From assembly GCA_036337945.1 (NCBI GenBank), contig JAYZDF010000062.1, positions 29,998-93,997 of the forward strand: DNA of 64,000 bases, written 5' to 3'. Positions 39,094-49,779 of this stretch are shown one piece after another; position 1 is the first letter of the stretch, and every line of letters begins with the position of its first letter. A program made the position numbers and the translations under genes. The stretch comes from Myxococcota bacterium. GTDB taxonomy: Bacteria > Myxococcota > Kuafuiibacteriia > Kuafuiibacteriales > Kuafuiibacteriaceae. Below the pieces are notes generated by a model. That model searched no databases. It was not told where the DNA came from and worked only from the letters and a program-made list of their open reading frames with translations.

Positions 39094-40485
39094 ATGACTA
39101 GAAAAAACCGAGTGCTGATTCTCGACGATGAGGCCAATACTCTTGTTACGCTAAAGCGAGCGCTTGAAATGGAGTCCTATGAGGTTCTCACTGCATCTAC
39201 TATCGCTGAAGCACGAACAAGATTAGCCGAAACGAACCCCGATATATGTCTCTTTGATGTTCGGCTCCCTGATGGTGATGGTATTGATTTGCTTGCATCG
39301 CTGATTCAATCTTCTGATGATGATACCCACGCGTTACCGCCCGTGGTTATGATGTCGGGACACGCCGCCATAGAAGACGCAGTCCGAGCGTTACATTTAG
39401 GTGCTCGAGATTTTCTTGAAAAACCGATTGGTCAAGAACGACTACTCGTAACGCTAAAAAATACTCTCGAGCTGAAGTCTTTGGAGCGAGAAAACCGAGA
39501 CCTCCGAGAAAAAACAGGCGCCAACACAACCAGTATTGAAAAGCTTATTGGGCGCTCAGAAGCTATGACCACCCTGAAGGAACATATTGAACGAGTCGCA
39601 AAAAGCGAAGGCCGAGTTCTCATTACTGGAGAGAATGGTTCCGGTAAGGATCTCATTGCCCGTGCGATTCACGAGTATTCTCTTCGAGCGAAAGAGCCTT
39701 TTATTTCATTGAACTGTGCAGCTGTTCCTAAAGACCTCATCGAATCCGAATTGTTTGGTCATGAAAAAGGTGCGTTTACCGGTGCCGTGTCACGAAAAAT
39801 CGGAAAGTTCGAACGTGCTGATGGCGGAACACTATTTCTTGATGAAGTCGGCGATATGCCGATGGACATGCAGGTTAAATTGCTCCGATTATTGCAAAAT
39901 CATGAGCTGGAGCGAGTTGGAGGCACTTCTCTTATCAAAATTGATGTCCGAGTGATCGCAGCCACGAACAAGGACCTTGAAAAAGAAATCGAAGAAGGAC
40001 GTTTTCGAGAGGATTTGTACTATAGGCTAAACGTTGTTCCTTTGGTTTCTCCGCCCCTTCGTGACCGTAAGACCGACATACCTTTGTTGATCAATCAATT
40101 TCTCAGTGAAGCAAGTGCTAGAAACCATCGAAGACCACCAGAACTTTCTCCCGGAGCGATAGCTTTGTTAAGTAGCTATCATTTTCCGGGCAATGTTCGA
40201 GAACTGAATAATCTCATCGAGCGTATCGTCATCCTCGTTCCCCGCGATAAAGATATGATTTCCGAAGAAGATATTTCCACTTTTATCCCAACGAAAAAGT
40301 ATTCAACAAAGAAGAATTATCGCTCTGGCGTAAAACTATCTGAGCTTGTCCAGGATGCTGAGAGGAGTATCGTCGCGCAAGCTCTTGAGGCCCACAATAA
40401 CGTTGTTGCTGAAACGGCACGCTCTCTCGGTGTCGAGCGCTCCAACTTCCATAAAAAACTCAAGTCTCTTGGTCTGCGTTCTTGA
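39094..40485 (+). CDS. sigma-54-dependent response regulator (NtrC family: REC + AAA+ + HTH)
   Basis: REC with [14 protein letters not shown]+ [22 protein letters not shown]-terminal HTH. Confidence 0.85.
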   Translation: MTRKNRVLILDDEANTLVTLKRALEMESYEVLTASTIAEARTRLAETNPDICLFDVRLPDGDGIDLLASLIQSSDDDTHALPPVVMMSGHAAIEDAVRALHLGARDFLEKPIGQERLLVTLKNTLELKSLERENRDLREKTGANTTSIEKLIGRSEAMTTLKEHIERVAKSEGRVLITGENGSGKDLIARAIHEYSLRAKEPFISLNCAAVPKDLIESELFGHEKGAFTGAVSRKIGKFERADGGTLFLDEVGDMPMDMQVKLLRLLQNHELERVGGTSLIKIDVRVIAATNKDLEKEIEEGRFREDLYYRLNVVPLVSPPLRDRKTDIPLLINQFLSEASARNHRRPPELSPGAIALLSSYHFPGNVRELNNLIERIVILVPRDKDMISEEDISTFIPTKKYSTKKNYRSGVKLSELVQDAERSIVAQALEAHNNVVAETARSLGVERSNFHKKLKSLGLRS

Positions 40486-40487
40486 TT

Positions 40488-42200
40488 CTATTTCCTAAGA
40501 GCAGCTTTTACTTTTCGCCGGAGACTTTGCAGCTTTTCCTGCTTTCCGCCTGATTCAATGAGTGTGGTTCGATAGCGTGCCGCGAGTTCGGGGTTATGAG
40601 CTTCGAGCTTCTTAATAAGTCGAAAAACTTCCTGTTTCGTCGCGGCTTTCTGTTGAACCGGCTTGGCCATAGCCTTGTTTTCAAGTGCTTCTGGCGGTGC
40701 TCGCTTTGTCGTCTTTAATGCGTTTTTCTGTGTTTTTTGCTGAGGTTTCTGCACGTCCTTGTTGTCGGCCGTCGGTTTTAAGCTCTCTGTTTTCTTTTTT
40801 TCAACCTTCGGCGAAGCCACCGTGTTGATGTCGTCAGGTTGTTCCGTTTTTGCTCTTTGTCCAGTGACGGCTTTCAGCGACGGACTCGTTTGTTGAACCG
40901 GTTGAGTCGACCGAAGATTTGTTTCTTGGTTTCTCTTCCTTACGCCAAGAACTAAGACTGCACTTACGACAAACGCAGTGAGTAACAAAATCAATGGTAG
41001 TTTTGAGGATGGAGTTGGAGCGACAATGACACTTGAGTCCCGCATGTAAAGTGCATTCATGTGGGCCGGCTGAACATTCGAAGGTCCGGTTTCAGAGCTT
41101 GGCCAGTACACGCGGGTAGCAATCGCCTCATAGAATGCCGCGTCCGGCTCTCTTGGAGCAACTTTATCTACGCGAGTTTGTAGCTCGACGTCTTCTCCTA
41201 TTGAAGAAGGTGTGAGGCGTATTTCTGCCATTGTCGATTCAAGAAGGTGTGGGTCAATTTCGAAAGCTTCTTCTCCGAAGCACTGAACGATCATTTGGCT
41301 CAGATCTCGCTCAATTGCAGTCGAGTTAGGTAGATTTCGAAGGACTTCCGAAAGTTGGCGATAAAGCTCGCCCGAGTCTGCATGTCGTCGCTCAGGTTTT
41401 TTCTCTAGAGCCTTTTCGATGACGAGAGACAAAGATTTTGGAAATTCAGGTAAGGCTTCGCTCAGCGGGACCGGTTTATGATCAAGTACTGCTCGCATTG
41501 ACTTCGTCGGTTCTCCGCGCCCAAAAAGTCGACGAAGGCAGGCCATCTCATACATAACGGTTCCTAAAGCGAAGACATCTGTACGTGCTGTCAACGTTCC
41601 ACCAACGACCTGTTCTGGAGCCATATAGCTCGGTTTGCCGCGAACTGTTCCGACTTGTGAAAGATGATCCTGGACATTGGTTCGAGCTACGCCGAAATCC
41701 ATAAGTCGTACTACTCCACTGGTATCGACAAGGATATTGTGTGGGGAGATATCTCGGTGAATCAGCTGAAGTTTTTCTCCATTCAGCTCTGCTCGACTAT
41801 ATGCATAGTCCAATGCGTTCGCCATCTTGAGTCCTACGTGAGCGACGATCGATGGTGGCACAGTGATCTTTTGTTTCGCACATTGTTGAAGGAGACTGCG
41901 AAGAGAAGGTCCTTGGACCAAATCCATAGCAATGAACATCATTCCGTTGTGGTCTCCTAAATCGATCGTTGGAACGATGGACGGGTGTTGTAATGCTGCT
42001 GCGGTCTTCGCTTCATCGAGAAACATAACCTTAGAGTTCTCGTTACTTACCTTACTTTTCAGAACTTTAAGAGCGATTAGTTTTTGGAAGCCTTGAAGCC
42101 CAACTTGCTGGCACGCCCAAACCTCGCCCATACCCCCTTTGCCTAACGGAAAAAGGAGTCGGTAAGGTCCGATAATTTGTCCAGCTTGAAGACCTGGCAC
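40488..42200 (-). CDS. Ser/Thr protein kinase with TM segment and Lys/Gln-rich C-terminal domain
   Basis: LGKGGMGEVWAC, ALKVLK, HRDISPHNILV, DFGVAR, YMAPE; TM LPLILLLTAFVVSAVLVLGV. Confidence 0.85.
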   Translation of the reverse strand: MPGLQAGQIIGPYRLLFPLGKGGMGEVWACQQVGLQGFQKLIALKVLKSKVSNENSKVMFLDEAKTAAALQHPSIVPTIDLGDHNGMMFIAMDLVQGPSLRSLLQQCAKQKITVPPSIVAHVGLKMANALDYAYSRAELNGEKLQLIHRDISPHNILVDTSGVVRLMDFGVARTNVQDHLSQVGTVRGKPSYMAPEQVVGGTLTARTDVFALGTVMYEMACLRRLFGRGEPTKSMRAVLDHKPVPLSEALPEFPKSLSLVIEKALEKKPERRHADSGELYRQLSEVLRNLPNSTAIERDLSQMIVQCFGEEAFEIDPHLLESTMAEIRLTPSSIGEDVELQTRVDKVAPREPDAAFYEAIATRVYWPSSETGPSNVQPAHMNALYMRDSSVIVAPTPSSKLPLILLLTAFVVSAVLVLGVRKRNQETNLRSTQPVQQTSPSLKAVTGQRAKTEQPDDINTVASPKVEKKKTESLKPTADNKDVQKPQQKTQKNALKTTKRAPPEALENKAMAKPVQQKAATKQEVFRLIKKLEAHNPELAARYRTTLIESGGKQEKLQSLRRKVKAALRK

Positions 42201-42262
42201 AACTCTTCTTTACACTGCCTCGAATCGAGGTGCGAGTATCAACCACGACCTAGAAGCCGAAA

Positions 42263-43168
42263 TCAGGCCTTTTTGTGGTCTTTTGCTCGAAGGAGCAGCA
42301 CCGTAAGGTTGTCAGGTTTTGCTCGAAGGGTACCCATCCGCCGCAGAATAAGGGTGCATATTTTGTTCACCACATCGATCGCGCTATCGGTCTCGCTCAG
42401 TATCTTAGCTAACTCATCGGACTCAACCATTCCCGAATCCAAAAGGCCGTCCGACCCCATGAGCAACCAGTCTCCAGGCTGCAAATCCCAAGCATAGGGT
42501 GTGGGTTCGCAACCTTCAGGCTCTAAGCCTATGGCGTGTTTAAGACATGCCTGGTCAGGAGGAGGATATTCGTGCATCTCGCTTCTCGTACGCATCTGAC
42601 CATCTCGATCAAATAATACGGCGCCCGAGTCCCCTGAATTTACAAGGTAAACTGCGTTTGGCTCCAGGTACGCAGCCACTGCAGTAGTGACTTCTCCCTC
42701 TTTTCTATCCAGCAAAAGTTTGTGGGCAGAGAGAAAAGTGCCGAGCATGACATCGATAGGATCTACTTCTTCACTCCCATTTGAGGAGTCATTCCGCGCC
42801 AGGTTCTGAAAGCCTCGCAACATTGCTTCAGCTGCAAGGGCTGAGGCACGTCCCCTAACTCGTCCTCCGAGTCCTCCTGCTTGATCCAGCGCGACCGCAT
42901 ATACGCGTCCTTGTTGGTCTCGAAAGAGTGCACCCGCATCTTCATTATATCGAGCGTATCCGCGCCCTCTTGATGAATAGATAGCACCCTGAAAATATTC
43001 ACTTTCTAGCGGAAGCGCTGACTTGCTCTGCCTCCCATCGGCAATACAGGTCAAAGCAACTGAGAAATCTTCGATCTCCTCAATACACGGGGTTTTCAGC
43101 GCTTTCTCGCGCTGAGACGCGGAGGTCTCCAAAAATCCGAACGGTAACCAAGTGGTCCAAAAGGACAT
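42263..43168 (-). CDS. PP2C-family Ser/Thr phosphatase
   Basis: SSRGRGYARYNEDAG, ALDQAGGLGG (DGMGG-like) and LMGSDGL motifs. Confidence 0.8.
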   Translation of the reverse strand: MSFWTTWLPFGFLETSASQREKALKTPCIEEIEDFSVALTCIADGRQSKSALPLESEYFQGAIYSSRGRGYARYNEDAGALFRDQQGRVYAVALDQAGGLGGRVRGRASALAAEAMLRGFQNLARNDSSNGSEEVDPIDVMLGTFLSAHKLLLDRKEGEVTTAVAAYLEPNAVYLVNSGDSGAVLFDRDGQMRTRSEMHEYPPPDQACLKHAIGLEPEGCEPTPYAWDLQPGDWLLMGSDGLLDSGMVESDELAKILSETDSAIDVVNKICTLILRRMGTLRAKPDNLTVLLLRAKDHKKA

Positions 43169-43281
43169 ACTCCCTTGTACCCGTTCTCACTTGCTGCTGT
43201 AAATCGAAGAACTACCGACATCTCGAAAATCTCTCGAGTAGAGCGATTGACTACGCGCCCACTAGGCCCTAGCTCCTAGCC

Positions 43282-46038
43282 ATGACTGTAATTGCCGAAG
43301 TAACAGCCCATGGGCAAAGTATCTGGTTCGACTATATTCAGCGGAATATGATTTGGGACGGAACACTTCATCGAATGGTTATTGAAGACAGCGTTCGAGG
43401 AGTCACGAGTAATCCTTCGATCTTCAATAAGGCCATTGGTGGTTCAAAAGACTACGCCCCAGCGATGAGAGCCTCTGTAGCCAGCGGAGGAACTCCCAAG
43501 GATGTTTTTGAGCGTATTGCGATCACCGACATTCAAATGGCCGCCGACGTTTTGTTTGGGGTCTACAATGAAACTAACGGATTAGATGGTTACGTCAGTT
43601 TAGAAGTTTCTCCGTATCTTGCGTACGACAGTCAAGGAACGATTGAAGAAGCCGAACGGCTTTGGACTGAAGTTGCACGCGAAAATGTGATGATCAAGAT
43701 ACCCGCGACTGAAGAAGGACTTGTGGCGATCGAACATTGCATTGCTTCAGGCATCAATGTGAATGTCACTCTTTTGTTTTCGGTTGAAACGTACGAAGCG
43801 GTCGCTTGGGCATACATAAGAGGACTCGAAGCTCGTGCAGAACACGGCGGAGACTTAACTCACGTAGCCAGCGTAGCAAGCTTTTTCATTAGTCGCATCG
43901 ACGCGTTGATCGAAAAACGGTTTGCTGCCCTCGAATCTGATGCTGATGAAGAAACAAAAAAACTTATGCAAGATTTGAGCGGTAAGATTGCTATCGCAAA
44001 TGCGAAGGTTGCTTACCAGTCGTATAAAAATATTTGTGAGCATGAGCGATTCAAAAAACTTGTCGAACAAGGTGCTCAGCCTCAACGTCTTCTCTGGGCG
44101 AGCACTGGAACTAAGAATCCAGAATATTCTGACGTTCTTTACGTCGAAGAACTAATTGGTCCTGAAACAGTCAACACCGTTCCAGAAAAGACCTTTCACG
44201 CTTTCAAGGATCATGGAAAAAGTGATGCAAAACTACTTGAAGGAATTGATGAAGCTTCTGCTTTAGTAGAGAGCCTTAAAAAAACAGGAGTCGACCTCAA
44301 CGAAGTGACATCAGAACTTCTCGATAAAGGCGTAATTGCATTTGCCGATGCTTTCGATGAACTCCTGGGAACGGTCGAATCACGACGGAGCGACCTTCTT
44401 GATGCTGAACTCAGTTCTGTTTTAGTCAAAGCACCAAATCACATTGAAGAAATTGACCAGACCATCGAGTCACTGCGTAAGAGCGCTTTTGTTCGTCGCT
44501 TGTGGCAGCGCGACTCACGTCTTTACGCCGGAAGTGAAAAAGAAGATCGATGGGGCTGGATGATGCATGCAGATGAGTTAGCGGATCAATTGCTAGGTCT
44601 CTCTGCTTTCGCCGAAGATTTGGAAGATAGTGGTGTTGAGTACGTTGTTTGGCTCGGAACCGGTGGTTCATCTCGATCAGCTCGAGTATTTTCTTCACTT
44701 CTTCCACGCGGCGAGGATGCACCACATTTATTCTTTTTGGAGTCCACGCATCCAGAATCGATTCAGCGGATCGAGAGTCAGATTGAACTTGATAACACGG
44801 CATTCATCGTAGCGAGCAAGAGTGGCACGACAGCAGAAACGCGAACGCTTGCAGACTATTTTTGGGATAAAGTCGGTGAAGAGGCCGTCTGGTATGCCAT
44901 TACCGACCCTGATACAGCGCTGGAAACCTTAGCGGAAGAGCGAAATTTTGCCGGCGTGCTGCACGCAGAACCAGACGTTGGTGGTCGTTTTGCTTCTCTG
45001 ATCGGCTTTGGTCTGGGTGCTCCGGCCCTGCTCGACCAAGATTTAGGTTCTGTTTTATTTCATACAGAAGCAATGATCGGAAGCTGTCACGGTAGCTCTC
45101 CAGCTCCGCAAAACCCAGGTGTTCAGTTAGGTGCGGCGCTGGGTGTTTTTGCTAAAGCTGGTTACAATAAGCTAACTCTTTCTTTATCGCGTGAGTTGAG
45201 TGGTTTTGGTCCATATCTTCAACAACTCGTCGATGAGAGTCTCGGTAAAGATGGAAAAGGCTTAGTGGTCATTGATGGCGAATCAATCACTAGTCCCGAA
45301 AAGTATGGCAACGATCGATTGTTTGTGTCGCTACTGTTGGGTGGAGAGAAGGTCAGCTCCCGCTTGGCTGCTTTAGAGGCTGAAGGTCATCCACATATCG
45401 AAATTCGAATGGACTCCTGTGATATGATTGGTCAGCAATTTTTCTTGTGGCACATAGCTGTCTCTACTGCCGCTCATGTCCTAGAGATCAATCCATTTGA
45501 CCAACCTAATGTGGAATTGAGTAAGAAGCTGAGTCGTGAATTTCTAAGTTCAGAAACGACGCTCGATTTGAATCTTCCTTTATCGGGTGAAGAAGTTCTT
45601 CATGACGATGAAAATGTCACTATTTTCGGAACAAGTACTCTAGGGAGTGTTTCTCGACTTGACGAGACAATCGTAGAATTTGCGAAAGGCGCAGGTACGG
45701 GCGCTTATGCAGCTTTACTTGCTTACGTTGATGAAACCAATGAGACTGAAGAACTCCTACAAGCATTGCGCTTGAAGATTCGAAATCAAACGCACTTGGC
45801 AACAACTCTTGGTTTCGGTCCGTCGTACCTTCATGCGTCTGGCCAACTTCATAAAGGAGGTCCAGACAAGGCACGCTTTGTCGTCTTTACACCGTCTCTT
45901 GAAGATTCAACAACGGAATGTGCCCAATTACTCTGTGCGCAAGCAGCCGGCGACGTTCACGCTCTTCGCCAATCTGGTCGCGACGTTCTTCGCGTTCAAC
46001 TCAAGAGCACGCTGCGTTCTGCCCTCGGTTCGTCGTAG
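43282..46038 (+). CDS. bifunctional transaldolase / glucose-6-phosphate isomerase
   Basis: N-terminal transaldolase (SIWFDYIQRNMI...VTSNPSIFNKAI...IKIPATEEG) fused to C-terminal PGI (GTGGSSRSARVF...). Confidence 0.85.
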   Translation: MTVIAEVTAHGQSIWFDYIQRNMIWDGTLHRMVIEDSVRGVTSNPSIFNKAIGGSKDYAPAMRASVASGGTPKDVFERIAITDIQMAADVLFGVYNETNGLDGYVSLEVSPYLAYDSQGTIEEAERLWTEVARENVMIKIPATEEGLVAIEHCIASGINVNVTLLFSVETYEAVAWAYIRGLEARAEHGGDLTHVASVASFFISRIDALIEKRFAALESDADEETKKLMQDLSGKIAIANAKVAYQSYKNICEHERFKKLVEQGAQPQRLLWASTGTKNPEYSDVLYVEELIGPETVNTVPEKTFHAFKDHGKSDAKLLEGIDEASALVESLKKTGVDLNEVTSELLDKGVIAFADAFDELLGTVESRRSDLLDAELSSVLVKAPNHIEEIDQTIESLRKSAFVRRLWQRDSRLYAGSEKEDRWGWMMHADELADQLLGLSAFAEDLEDSGVEYVVWLGTGGSSRSARVFSSLLPRGEDAPHLFFLESTHPESIQRIESQIELDNTAFIVASKSGTTAETRTLADYFWDKVGEEAVWYAITDPDTALETLAEERNFAGVLHAEPDVGGRFASLIGFGLGAPALLDQDLGSVLFHTEAMIGSCHGSSPAPQNPGVQLGAALGVFAKAGYNKLTLSLSRELSGFGPYLQQLVDESLGKDGKGLVVIDGESITSPEKYGNDRLFVSLLLGGEKVSSRLAALEAEGHPHIEIRMDSCDMIGQQFFLWHIAVSTAAHVLEINPFDQPNVELSKKLSREFLSSETTLDLNLPLSGEEVLHDDENVTIFGTSTLGSVSRLDETIVEFAKGAGTGAYAALLAYVDETNETEELLQALRLKIRNQTHLATTLGFGPSYLHASGQLHKGGPDKARFVVFTPSLEDSTTECAQLLCAQAAGDVHALRQSGRDVLRVQLKSTLRSALGSS

Positions 46039-46078
46039 AGTGTAGCGCCATTGCTTATTGTTTCCTCACTCATAGGAG

Positions 46079-46105
46079 TTGCTGGTTATATTGACCAACC
46101 AGCAA
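46079..46105 (+). terminator. stem-loop between convergent tal-pgi and SGNH hydrolase genes
   Basis: 9-bp stem TTGCTGGTT/AACCAGCAA with a 9-nt loop, followed by TCTCGAATTT. Confidence 0.4.
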
Positions 46106-46113
46106 TCTCGAAT

Positions 46114-47535
46114 TTACTCTGCTTGATCGTAGGCTCTTAGAAAGCTTTCAGCGAAGAGATACCCAAGCAGCTCTCCCGCCTTTCGTCTGGGGTGAATAAG
46201 GTCTTTATTCATTATTCTTCTCTTTGACCAACGAGCGACAGAGCCTTCCTCACCCATTGCTTGATACATGTCCCAAAAAGCACAGCCTTTCTCGACCGCG
46301 ACCTTTTGTTGAATGTATCTAATTTCGCTGATGAAAGTTTTGCTTACAATCTGGCCGCCTTTCATTTTTCCCGCGTCCATAGGCGACCACAACATGCAAT
46401 CAGAGTTTGGTAGTGCGTATTGCACGACTTCAATTAGCTTTTTATGTTCTTCTCCGATCTTCTGAATTGTAGCGGTTTTTTTTCTTACTCGCATAGCGTC
46501 ATTACCGCCGAGCATAATGATTACAAGGTCCGGTTTGAGTTCTTGCAATTGCTCGACGAAGCTTCTTCGACCCATTGAAAGATAAACTTTAGCATCGGCG
46601 CCGACAGGACCGATCGAATCATAGAAAAGTCCTTTGTCTTTCCGCTCATAGCTGATTCCGAAGATACGGCTTCCTGGACCTTCTGAACGGATCGTAAGTA
46701 CCTTCTTTTCCGAACTCGAACTTGATGACGCCTTAGGAACGGTAAAGCCTCGACTCTTTGTTTTCTTTGTTTCCGAATAGGTATCCAAAGTTCCAATGTT
46801 TTTTCCGTTGATGCTCAGTTTGAGAACGGAACCTTTTGGATTTGCTAAATAATGAACATAGATCCGCGCTTCATCACTGAGTTTGTATTCGATACTCGCA
46901 TTATTACCGACAGACTCATAACTCATGCCAGAAAATCCGAAATCGTTTCCGGCTTGTCCTTGATCGACGATGCGTGCTCGTCTCCACGGTCCAGTTCTTT
47001 TTAGTCGGCGGCCACCGTAAGGGGCTTTCTGTTCGACGTGAACAAAACCACGTCCTGCATTGCCAAAACGCTCTTGCAATCGTTGCCTAGCAGTGCCCGT
47101 GATGTAGTCGCCTGCTATATGCGAGTCGCCCAACTGAAGTATGCGGACGTTGCGTTCGGGTCGTTCTGATAACGAGTCGAGTTGTAGAAAGGTTCGATCT
47201 AATGCCTGCCGGTAGCAGCTTCGTGCACTACCCTCTACACAGGTATTTTGAATTCGAATATGAGAGGCTCGCACCGACTTGGCCAAGGATTCTAAGACCC
47301 GCATAGGGGTACGAGCTTTTGGTATCAGAGCTGGATCGCTTGGTTCTTCCAGGTTTTCTCGCTGTGCAGCTCTTTTTTCAGCTCGAAACTGAGAAATGCT
47401 CCGTTTTGGGCCTTTCCCGTATCGGTTTGCACAACCCAACACTTGTCCGACGACAAACGCACTACAAACGATATAAAAAACACACCGAGTGGTGAGAAGG
47501 AAAACACAGCGACGAAGTTTCATTCTGGCTTCCAT
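46114..47535 (-). CDS. secreted SGNH/GDSL-family hydrolase (start likely at MEARMKLRR, not ORF start 47637)
   Basis: LQLGDSHIAGDY (GDSx block I), MLGGNDA (block III), DLIHP (block V DxxH); signal-peptide-like LLTTRCVFYIVCSAFVVG. Confidence 0.7.
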   Translation of the reverse strand: MEARMKLRRCVFLLTTRCVFYIVCSAFVVGQVLGCANRYGKGPKRSISQFRAEKRAAQRENLEEPSDPALIPKARTPMRVLESLAKSVRASHIRIQNTCVEGSARSCYRQALDRTFLQLDSLSERPERNVRILQLGDSHIAGDYITGTARQRLQERFGNAGRGFVHVEQKAPYGGRRLKRTGPWRRARIVDQGQAGNDFGFSGMSYESVGNNASIEYKLSDEARIYVHYLANPKGSVLKLSINGKNIGTLDTYSETKKTKSRGFTVPKASSSSSSEKKVLTIRSEGPGSRIFGISYERKDKGLFYDSIGPVGADAKVYLSMGRRSFVEQLQELKPDLVIIMLGGNDAMRVRKKTATIQKIGEEHKKLIEVVQYALPNSDCMLWSPMDAGKMKGGQIVSKTFISEIRYIQQKVAVEKGCAFWDMYQAMGEEGSVARWSKRRIMNKDLIHPRRKAGELLGYLFAESFLRAYDQAE

Positions 47536-48574
47536 TATGTGCCTGCTGCCAGGTATCGCTTCCGCTTCAACGAAGACGGAACGTGATTGGAAACAGGCAC
47601 TGGACGAAGAGATTGCAGGACTTGCACAACGTTTCAAGGGAAGAATTTCAATTTACGTATCTGATCCTAAGCTGGATTTGCACTACCGGCATGACGCCAG
47701 CGAACCTATCTACATCGCTTCGGGGGTAAAAGTTCCTTTCATGATCGAGGTTTACCGTCAGGCTTCTCAAGGTCTTATCTCGCTCAATGATAGAATACCC
47801 TATAAATCAGAAGCACAGCGTGATGGAGCACCTCGGCTTGGTCGAGTTCCTTTAGGCACGATGTTGAGCGTGAAGAAGCTTGTAACTCTCATGATTCAGG
47901 CGAGTGACAACGCCGCGAGCGATATGCTGGCGAATTACGTAGGCATAGAAAATATCAATCGAGGAATGAGAGCTGAAGGCTTTAATATGGTTAACCCTTT
48001 GGTTACTCTTCTCGACGTCCGAGAAGGCGTCTTTCGTGAGCTCGATTATCGAGCTGACGACCTCACTAATTTACAAGTTCGAAAAGTTCGGTGGACGTGG
48101 GGCTGGAAAAGTCACGTTCGACAACTTGAGAAATTTCTTGGCCGGCCTCGCGGAACCCATACCGTGGATCAACTTCATGCTGCTTATAACCGGTTTTATC
48201 AAACCAAGGTTAATCACGTGCCGGTAGAAACGCTTGGAAACATTATTGAAGCTTTGCTTGCGAAAACACTCGTGAGCGAAAAAGCCAGCAGAGAAATGCT
48301 CGAGATTATGAGTAATGCCAAGACGAGTCGGAATCGAATGATGGGCAAGTTACCGCGCGGAACCCGTGTGGCACATAAAACGGGCAGCCAGTGGGAGCGC
48401 ATTTGTGACTACGGAGCCATGTGGTTACCCAGTGGTGAACCCTTGGTTTTTGCAGGCTGTCTCGCGGGTGGTGAGGACCGTAAGCTCGCAGAAGCGACCA
48501 TGGCCTCAATCGCGAGAAAAGCCTATGACCTGGCGGTGCGCGCCCATGGTAAATCGAATAAATCCCGCCGCTAA
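47489..48574 (+). CDS. class A beta-lactamase-fold serine hydrolase, paralog 1
   Basis: Signal peptide; SGVK (SxxK), SDN and KTG motifs. Confidence 0.65.
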   Translation: MVRRKTQRRSFILASIMCLLPGIASASTKTERDWKQALDEEIAGLAQRFKGRISIYVSDPKLDLHYRHDASEPIYIASGVKVPFMIEVYRQASQGLISLNDRIPYKSEAQRDGAPRLGRVPLGTMLSVKKLVTLMIQASDNAASDMLANYVGIENINRGMRAEGFNMVNPLVTLLDVREGVFRELDYRADDLTNLQVRKVRWTWGWKSHVRQLEKFLGRPRGTHTVDQLHAAYNRFYQTKVNHVPVETLGNIIEALLAKTLVSEKASREMLEIMSNAKTSRNRMMGKLPRGTRVAHKTGSQWERICDYGAMWLPSGEPLVFAGCLAGGEDRKLAEATMASIARKAYDLAVRAHGKSNKSRR

Positions 48575-48582
48575 GAGTCTAA

Positions 48583-49776
48583 TTGTCTGCGAATACCTTC
48601 CATTTATGGGTTGAGTATGACCAGATAGGTCCGTCAGTGCGTCGATATCTGTTAAGCATAATGGCTGCGCTTTTTTTGTGCGGGGTGAACTCGGCAAGGG
48701 CCGAAAATGAAAAGGCCCAGTTCGCTTCATGGCCAGGACAACTTCAGGACGAAGTTCTTAAAATGTATCAGGCCGGCTTTAGTGGTCAGATTCATCTTTA
48801 CGTAAAAGACCTGAGCACTGGCATTCGTTACACGCACAACGCGGCCACTCCGACGTATATCGCCTCCGTCGTTAAGATTTTATTTATGGTTGAGTTATTC
48901 GATCAGGTTGAACGCGGTAAACTCAGCCTAGACGATTACGTCGAATTTACATCCGAAGACGTGCGTAGCGGTTCACCTCTTTTCAATTATTTACCGATAG
49001 GTGCTCGCCTTCCGGTGCGTGTCCTTGTCGAATCTATGATTCAGCAATCAGACAACGCCGCCAGTGACTTAGTCGCGAACTTGATAGGCTTAGAGCGCAT
49101 CAATGCTGGCAGTAAAGCACGCGGCTACCGTGGCATCGGGCAGATTACCCGTTTACTTGACGTACGCCATCTTGTGTTTGGACAACTTGATTCTAGAATC
49201 GCAGCTTTCACTCCGCGCCAATTTCGTTCCATTGACTTTTCAAAAGGTGGAGAGGCTAAAGCTAAAAAAATCCGCGAATACTTGGGCTCCGGTGGGTCAA
49301 ATATTACATCCCGTAGTATCGACCGAGCTTACCGCTCCTATTACAAAATGGGATACAACTCGGCGACCATGGAGTCCATAGGACAACTTCTTGAGGATCT
49401 CTATTTAGGGGATGTTGTCAGCTCGACCGCAAGTCAAATGATGATTGATATTCTCAAGGGTACTCAAACAGGCGCGGGCCGCATCTCTGCTTATTTGCCT
49501 CCAACTACGCCCATTGCCCATAAAACCGGCACACAATATCGAAGAACCTGCGATGTCGGCATTGTTGAAACACCTAATAAAAAGTCATTTGTTTTCTCCG
49601 CATGTATCAAGGGCAGTAAAGGCGTTAAGCGGGATGAAGTCATTGCTCGGCTCGCGTATGCGGCTTTTAGCCTATTGAGCCAAAATGAAGAGACGATTTC
49701 TAAAGCCGAAAATAGTGGCTCCAAAAAGAAACGAAAAAAGCGTCGTCGAGGTCGCCGTCGAAAGGCGAAGTTATAA
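48583..49776 (+). CDS. class A beta-lactamase-fold serine hydrolase, paralog 2, with Lys/Arg-rich C-terminal tail (start uncertain)
   Basis: SVVK, SDN and KTG motifs, collinear with paralog 1; C-terminal KKKRKKRRRGRRRKAKL. Confidence 0.65.
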   Translation: MSANTFHLWVEYDQIGPSVRRYLLSIMAALFLCGVNSARAENEKAQFASWPGQLQDEVLKMYQAGFSGQIHLYVKDLSTGIRYTHNAATPTYIASVVKILFMVELFDQVERGKLSLDDYVEFTSEDVRSGSPLFNYLPIGARLPVRVLVESMIQQSDNAASDLVANLIGLERINAGSKARGYRGIGQITRLLDVRHLVFGQLDSRIAAFTPRQFRSIDFSKGGEAKAKKIREYLGSGGSNITSRSIDRAYRSYYKMGYNSATMESIGQLLEDLYLGDVVSSTASQMMIDILKGTQTGAGRISAYLPPTTPIAHKTGTQYRRTCDVGIVETPNKKSFVFSACIKGSKGVKRDEVIARLAYAAFSLLSQNEETISKAENSGSKKKRKKRRRGRRRKAKL

Positions 49777-49779
49777 TCG

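Noticed and set aside
37241-40485. Presence of a complete type III secretion system
   Set aside because: Only a chaperone-like and a substrate-like gene are present; no sctV, sctN, sctC or needle genes occur anywhere in the 64 kb.
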